Source: Candidatus Collierbacteria bacterium | Lineage (GTDB): Bacteria; Patescibacteriota; Microgenomatia; UBA1400; MFAQ01 | NCBI GenBank assembly: GCA_903873735.1 | Contig: CAIQPO010000043.1 | Location: 1-39,399, forward strand | DNA length: 39,399 nt | Direction: 5' to 3' | Shown here: in pieces, positions 35,224-39,399 of the stretch | Numbering within the stretch: the first letter of the stretch is position 1 | How the letters are laid out: the number at the start of each line of letters is the position of its first letter | Translations under genes and position numbers: made by a program | Notes under the pieces: model-generated | What the model was told of the DNA's origin: nothing | The model's database searches: none | The model's input: the letters and a program-made list of their open reading frames with translations, nothing else

Positions 35224-36744
35224 CTACAAGTCCTTCACCATATACTGACCTTCCAACCTATAACCCAAGTTAAGATAATATTCTCTTGTGCCTATGGCTG
35301 AAATAATTGCCATTTTTTTATATCCATTTGTTAAGGCAATCTTTTCTGCCTCAATAAGAAGCTTCTTTCCCAATCCCCTATGCTGAGTTTTATCTTGTTC
35401 ATGAGTATTTAGCGATAAAACTTGACCATATGTGTGCACTTCTCTAACCACTGCTGCTCCTTTTATACCCAGCTTCTTTGCAATCTCACTTTCCTCATCA
35501 GGTAGTCTCAATCTAAGCATTGAATATAAATATGTATTATCTTCAAATGACAAAAACAGCTCCCTCCCTCCCAACGTTTTTCTATCATTACATCTTAACT
35601 CCAATCCTTCAGTCTGATGAACATTTCCCCTCACTTCTCTACATCTGATACATTTACAACTTCTCCCCTCCTCTTTTAGTTGTTTTTGTAATACTTGTCT
35701 TAGGTTTGTCCGCTGAGTTCCTACCGCCACCCATTTTTTGCTTATATCTCGCACCAGTCTATCAATCCTACAATAAACAGGTGTAAGCGTTTTTACCTCT
35801 TTCAACACTTCGATAAGCTTACTTTCATCATATGGTCTATACTCTCCCCGCTTCCACATTTCATACATCTCCGAACCTGGAATTGTCATTGCTGGATACA
35901 CCTTAAGATAGTCTGGACCAAAACGAGAATCCTCAAACATTAACTTTGCCATCTCATTATCTTTTTCAGGAGAAGAACCAGGCAAATTAGGCATAAAGTG
36001 ATAGCAAATTTTTAGTCCTGCATCTCTGCACATTCTAGTTGCTTCGGCTACTCTTTCCAAAGAGTGTCCTCTTTTAATTATACTTAGTATCTGTTCATCA
36101 AGCGCCTGCACTCCCATCTGTACTTTCGTCACCCCCATCGATCTCCATAAAACAATTTCATTTTCATTAATCCAATCAGGTCTTGTCTCAACTGATATCC
36201 CCACCACTCTTCTTTTTGCTGTCTGATTGAATTCAATTGCTCCCTCAAGTGACTCACTCACCACTCCATTTACCCCATCGTACATACCCTTAAAAAACTC
36301 TATCTTATATTCTCTTGTATACGCAGAAAATGTGCCTCCAATAACAATCAAGTCAATCTTATCTGTAGGGTGCCCGGTTTCTTCCATTTGTTTTATTCTG
36401 CCTTCAACTTGCAATCTTGGGTCAAAATTAAGCATTTTAGCTCTCTGCGCTGCTGGCTCATCGGAAAGATAAGACTTCGGCATCCCTTCTTCTAGTGGGC
36501 AATACACGCACTGCCCAGGACAAGGAAATGGCTTCATCATCACCGCGAATGGCGCCACACCACTTTCAGTTCTCACTCCTCTTGTTCTCAAGTACTCCCT
36601 CAAGTCAATATCATCAATATGTGGCCAAATATCAGAGTTTCTTGGCATCTGCCTTAACTCCCTTGACCATAGCCTGCGATAGTCCTCAAAATTTTCTAAA
36701 GTGATTTTCTCTCTGTCTCGCACTATTAATTCTTCTAGATTCAT
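35224..36744 (-). CDS. elp3: Elp3-family tRNA uridine(34) carboxymethyltransferase (radical SAM + KAT)
   Basis: VRTESGVAP, CPGQCVYCP, PKSY, GGTF, ETRPD, CKCIRCRE, VREVHTYG, QHRGLGKKL, ISAIGTREYY. Confidence 0.92.
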   Translation of the reverse strand: MNLEELIVRDREKITLENFEDYRRLWSRELRQMPRNSDIWPHIDDIDLREYLRTRGVRTESGVAPFAVMMKPFPCPGQCVYCPLEEGMPKSYLSDEPAAQRAKMLNFDPRLQVEGRIKQMEETGHPTDKIDLIVIGGTFSAYTREYKIEFFKGMYDGVNGVVSESLEGAIEFNQTAKRRVVGISVETRPDWINENEIVLWRSMGVTKVQMGVQALDEQILSIIKRGHSLERVAEATRMCRDAGLKICYHFMPNLPGSSPEKDNEMAKLMFEDSRFGPDYLKVYPAMTIPGSEMYEMWKRGEYRPYDESKLIEVLKEVKTLTPVYCRIDRLVRDISKKWVAVGTQRTNLRQVLQKQLKEEGRSCKCIRCREVRGNVHQTEGLELRCNDRKTLGGRELFLSFEDNTYLYSMLRLRLPDEESEIAKKLGIKGAAVVREVHTYGQVLSLNTHEQDKTQHRGLGKKLLIEAEKIALTNGYKKMAIISAIGTREYYLNLGYRLEGQYMVKDL

Positions 36745-36760
36745 CGCTTTATTTTAACCG

Positions 36761-36784
36761 AAAAAACCTACCATTAAGGTAGGT
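36761..36784 (-). terminator. Intrinsic terminator, cassette 14
   Basis: ACCTACC-5 nt-GGTAGGT plus T run on minus; the cargo stop lies in the loop. Confidence 0.7.
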
Positions 36785-36992
36785 ATATCACAAACTTCTT
36801 GCTTGTATCCAGTTTAGCTAGATTACTCTTTTTCCAAAAAATTATGTACACATCTCCATTAGGCATAATCACTTCTTTCGTGACATATACCTCTCCAAGT
36901 TCGGGGTGTTCATCGACTACCAACACACGATTGTCGTCTTTACCCTCAATCTCACGAACGAAATATGTTTTTAAAGCCCGTTTTTCAACCAG
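36774..36992 (-). CDS. Cassette 14 cargo: small hypothetical protein (~72 aa), start uncertain (CTG inferred)
   Basis: TAAAAT (37023-37018), GGAGG (37003-36999) 6 nt before in-frame CTG, terminator at the stop. Confidence 0.5.
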   Translation of the reverse strand: MVEKRALKTYFVREIEGKDDNRVLVVDEHPELGEVYVTKEVIMPNGDVYIIFWKKSNLAKLDTSKKFVIYLP

Positions 36993-37044
36993 TTCACACC
37001 TCCCTAATGTTTTCCATATTTTACTACACAAATACCTGAATAAC

Positions 37045-37104
37045 TTGAAAAATCTAATATTATCGGATATAATACGCACGAACGCACCCTAACATTCAAA
37101 GGAG
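37045..37104 (+). promoter_or_regulatory. Cassette 15 promoter + boxA-like motif + SD
   Basis: TTGAAA(37045-37050)-17-TATAAT(37068-37073); CGCACCCTAAC (37083-37093); GGAG (37101-37104). Confidence 0.75.
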
Positions 37105-37112
37105 AAAAACTT

Positions 37113-38930
37113 ATGATTGGATACATTGTCATTGGAGTTTTGCTGTGCACTCTGGCTGGGCTGGTTCCCCAATTAATCTCAAGGGACACCATGGCCAGGT
37201 CTGTCAAATGGGCCATCGCTGCCCTAGTTGGCAACATTATCTTCATCAGCGCCCAGGTCTATCTCGCCCCGCCGGCACATGTTGGACCGCTCGATGGCTA
37301 CCAGTTTCTCTGGCTTCCGCTCCTGGTGAATACAGTCATCGGCCTCGGCATCGCCCTCTTCAAATCTGATTCTTTTGATGGAGATGAAGAGACCAGTACC
37401 ATCAACATGCTTGCCGGTGCTGGTAATGGCGCCATACTCCTCATCCTGTTCGTTGTCATGGCTATCATCGCCATGGCGACTACTTGGGGTGAAGGAAACG
37501 CCAAGGCAAGAGCTTACTTTTTACCCATAGAAGAGGTGCAAATCGACCCCTCCTTGGGAACAAACGCTCCCGAAAGTTTTCCCGACAACGACCCCGCCCA
37601 CATCATCATGGTTGAAGAAGCCACCGCCCGCCATATCGGCTCACGAGCCATTGGCCAAACCGGCGTAAACTTCGGCTCAACCTACAAACCCGGTACCTAT
37701 ACCAAACAAATGGTACAGGGACACATGTACTGGGTGGCACCGGTGGAGTACCAAAACTTCTTTGCCAACCTCAAACTCCCCACCACCCCAGGCGTGATTG
37801 TAGTCGATGCAGAAAACCCCATGACCGAACCTCGATTCGACCAGACGTGTCAACTGCGGTATGTCCAAAGCGCCATCCTCAACCAGGATCCCATCCGCTA
37901 TCTTTACATCAGCGGCTACGATCAATATCTCTTTGTCGATCCTACATTTGAATACGACGACAACTGGGTTCCGTATATTACTGTGGATGGAAGCATTTAC
38001 CAGAGGGGGCTCTACGGATCACAGGTGGTCAAAGTCTTTACCATCAATGTCTGCACCGGTGAGATCGCTGAATACAGCTTGGCTGACAAACCGGCCTGGA
38101 TTGACCGCATTCTGCCACTGTCTGCCATTGATCAAAACCTCGACGACTACGGCAATTTCTACAAGGGAACCTGGCCAGTGATGTTCAACACCACCGGTCA
38201 AGGAATTGAAACAAGGGCAGACGACACTACCCCCACAGCCTACTCCTCCGTCTCAAAGAGCCCAGTCTATCAGTATGTCATGACCAGCAAAAACACCACC
38301 GACTTTAGCTCGCTGGGTATCATCCTGGTGGATACCAATTCTTACACTGCCAGGCGCTTCCCCATCTACGGCCTGCTGGTAGGCTCCAAGGTAACAGATG
38401 CCTTCATGGATATTGAGTGGAACAAGGCAGGTGATAGTCACAACTACGATATCACCGAACCAGTTCTCTACAATATCTACGGCCGCCTTACTTGGGTCAC
38501 CACCTACATCAACCCCGCAAGTAATGGTATGGCAGACTACAAATCCATCGCTTTCCTGGACGCCTACTTCGTCAGCTCGGCCAATGTCATCCGCGCCGAG
38601 ACCAAAGAAGAGGCTTTGTTGATGTACCAACTCTGGCAAGCAAACCGCCCTTCAAACGACACCGACCCTGGCAGCACAGCCAATCTTGTGCCCTTGTCCG
38701 GCGAGATCATCCAATTCAATGCCGAAGTAAAAAATGGCAACACCATTTACTACTTCATGATCAAGGGTGAAGATGGTGTGGTGGTCAATACTATCTTCTC
38801 AGTCACCCCCACCGACGCGGTTCGCGAAATTCGTTTCACCGAATACGGCGACCAGGTGAGCTTTACCTACGTCGAACTCGGTAGCGGCAGCGCTTCCGTC
38901 TCCTCCTTTGATAACCTCAACGTACCATAA
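37113..38930 (+). CDS. Cassette 15 cargo: 605-aa protein, four N-terminal TMs plus large soluble domain
   Basis: Four hydrophobic helices, then YWVAPVEY, FEYDDNWVPY, PAWIDRILP, PVLYNIYG; function unknown. Confidence 0.85.
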   Translation: MIGYIVIGVLLCTLAGLVPQLISRDTMARSVKWAIAALVGNIIFISAQVYLAPPAHVGPLDGYQFLWLPLLVNTVIGLGIALFKSDSFDGDEETSTINMLAGAGNGAILLILFVVMAIIAMATTWGEGNAKARAYFLPIEEVQIDPSLGTNAPESFPDNDPAHIIMVEEATARHIGSRAIGQTGVNFGSTYKPGTYTKQMVQGHMYWVAPVEYQNFFANLKLPTTPGVIVVDAENPMTEPRFDQTCQLRYVQSAILNQDPIRYLYISGYDQYLFVDPTFEYDDNWVPYITVDGSIYQRGLYGSQVVKVFTINVCTGEIAEYSLADKPAWIDRILPLSAIDQNLDDYGNFYKGTWPVMFNTTGQGIETRADDTTPTAYSSVSKSPVYQYVMTSKNTTDFSSLGIILVDTNSYTARRFPIYGLLVGSKVTDAFMDIEWNKAGDSHNYDITEPVLYNIYGRLTWVTTYINPASNGMADYKSIAFLDAYFVSSANVIRAETKEEALLMYQLWQANRPSNDTDPGSTANLVPLSGEIIQFNAEVKNGNTIYYFMIKGEDGVVVNTIFSVTPTDAVREIRFTEYGDQVSFTYVELGSGSASVSSFDNLNVP

Positions 38931-38938
38931 GATCCATC

Positions 38939-38966
38939 AGACCCCGCAATTGCGGGGTCTTTTTTT
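38939..38966 (+). terminator. Intrinsic terminator, cassette 15
   Basis: Palindrome AGACCCCGCAATTGCGGGGTCT followed by a T run. Confidence 0.85.
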
Positions 38967-39003
38967 ACTTGCTGCTACCCTGCTTTAGCGTCATAATAAA
39001 ACT

Positions 39004-39399
39004 ATGTCGCAAGACCAAAGCATTATCAGTCAAGTTAAAGACACCTACAACCTAATCGCCGACAACTTTTCCCAGACCAGACAATTTGTTTGGAAAGATC
39101 TAAGCCCTCTCCTTGAAAAAATACCACCCAAATCCTCTATCCTTGATGTTGGTTGCGGCAATGGCAGAATCATCAAAAGCCTGCCCAGAGATATCAAATA
39201 CACTGGCATAGATATTAGCAGTAAGTTACTTGAAAAAGCTGGTCAGTCGTTCCCCGAACACCATTTTATCGAAACAGACATCACCAAACCAGAAATCTGG
39301 AAACACTTAGGCCAATTCGATTACATTCTAGCCATCGCTTCACTCCATCACATCCCTTCAACCACAAATCAGCAATTTGTGATTGATCAAATCAAGAAA
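39004..39399 (+). CDS. Class I SAM methyltransferase, Trm9/ALKBH8-like (truncated by window edge)
   Basis: Own translation: MSQDQSIISQVKDTYNLIADNFSQTRQFVWKD...ILDVGCGNGR...YTGIDIS...IASLHHIP; the YxxIAxxFSxTR...W and LHH pattern is typical of Trm9/ALKBH8. Confidence 0.8.
   Translation, partial: MSQDQSIISQVKDTYNLIADNFSQTRQFVWKDLSPLLEKIPPKSSILDVGCGNGRIIKSLPRDIKYTGIDISSKLLEKAGQSFPEHHFIETDITKPEIWKHLGQFDYILAIASLHHIPSTTNQQFVIDQIKK

Noticed and set aside
3850-38966. Integron cassette array, IS elements or prophage as the explanation for the cassettes
   Set aside because: Units are dispersed, in both orientations and carry their own promoters; the hairpins are short terminators of differing sequence, not attC sites; no integrase, transposase or phage structural gene was recognised.

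Overview
Chromosomal segment of a reduced-genome bacterium, most likely Patescibacteria/CPR (Microgenomates-like). This is inferred from the short EF-Ts, degenerate FolD, Elp3, TPR-fused O-antigen-ligase-like protein, very tight packing and missing pyrH/uppS/cdsA. The backbone is housekeeping and mostly on the minus strand: dnaX, ybeY, yqeY, rpsU, HIT, rseP, frr, tsf, rpsB, folD, glyA, tmk, Nramp, thyX, topA, pbp2, mreD, mreC (inverted), mreB, def, fmt, rpmB, site-2 protease, Elp3 and a Trm9-like methyltransferase. About 15 self-contained expression cassettes sit between these genes and share one layout: sigma70 promoter (often TTGACN-17 nt-TANNNT), a boxA-like motif (about G-H-A-C-H-T-T-N-A) 8-20 nt after the -10, a strong Shine-Dalgarno, one orphan ORF and a GC-rich intrinsic terminator. 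Many backbone genes instead look leaderless, with the -10 box 5-9 nt before the start codon. One cassette carries no credible ORF but an approximately 455-nt, extensively base-paired RNA (20089-20545, minus) that lacks the hallmarks of RNase P RNA, tmRNA, SRP RNA and group II introns. The cassette system and this RNA are the main candidates for undescribed biology. No tRNA, rRNA, CRISPR array, integrase or transposase was recognised.
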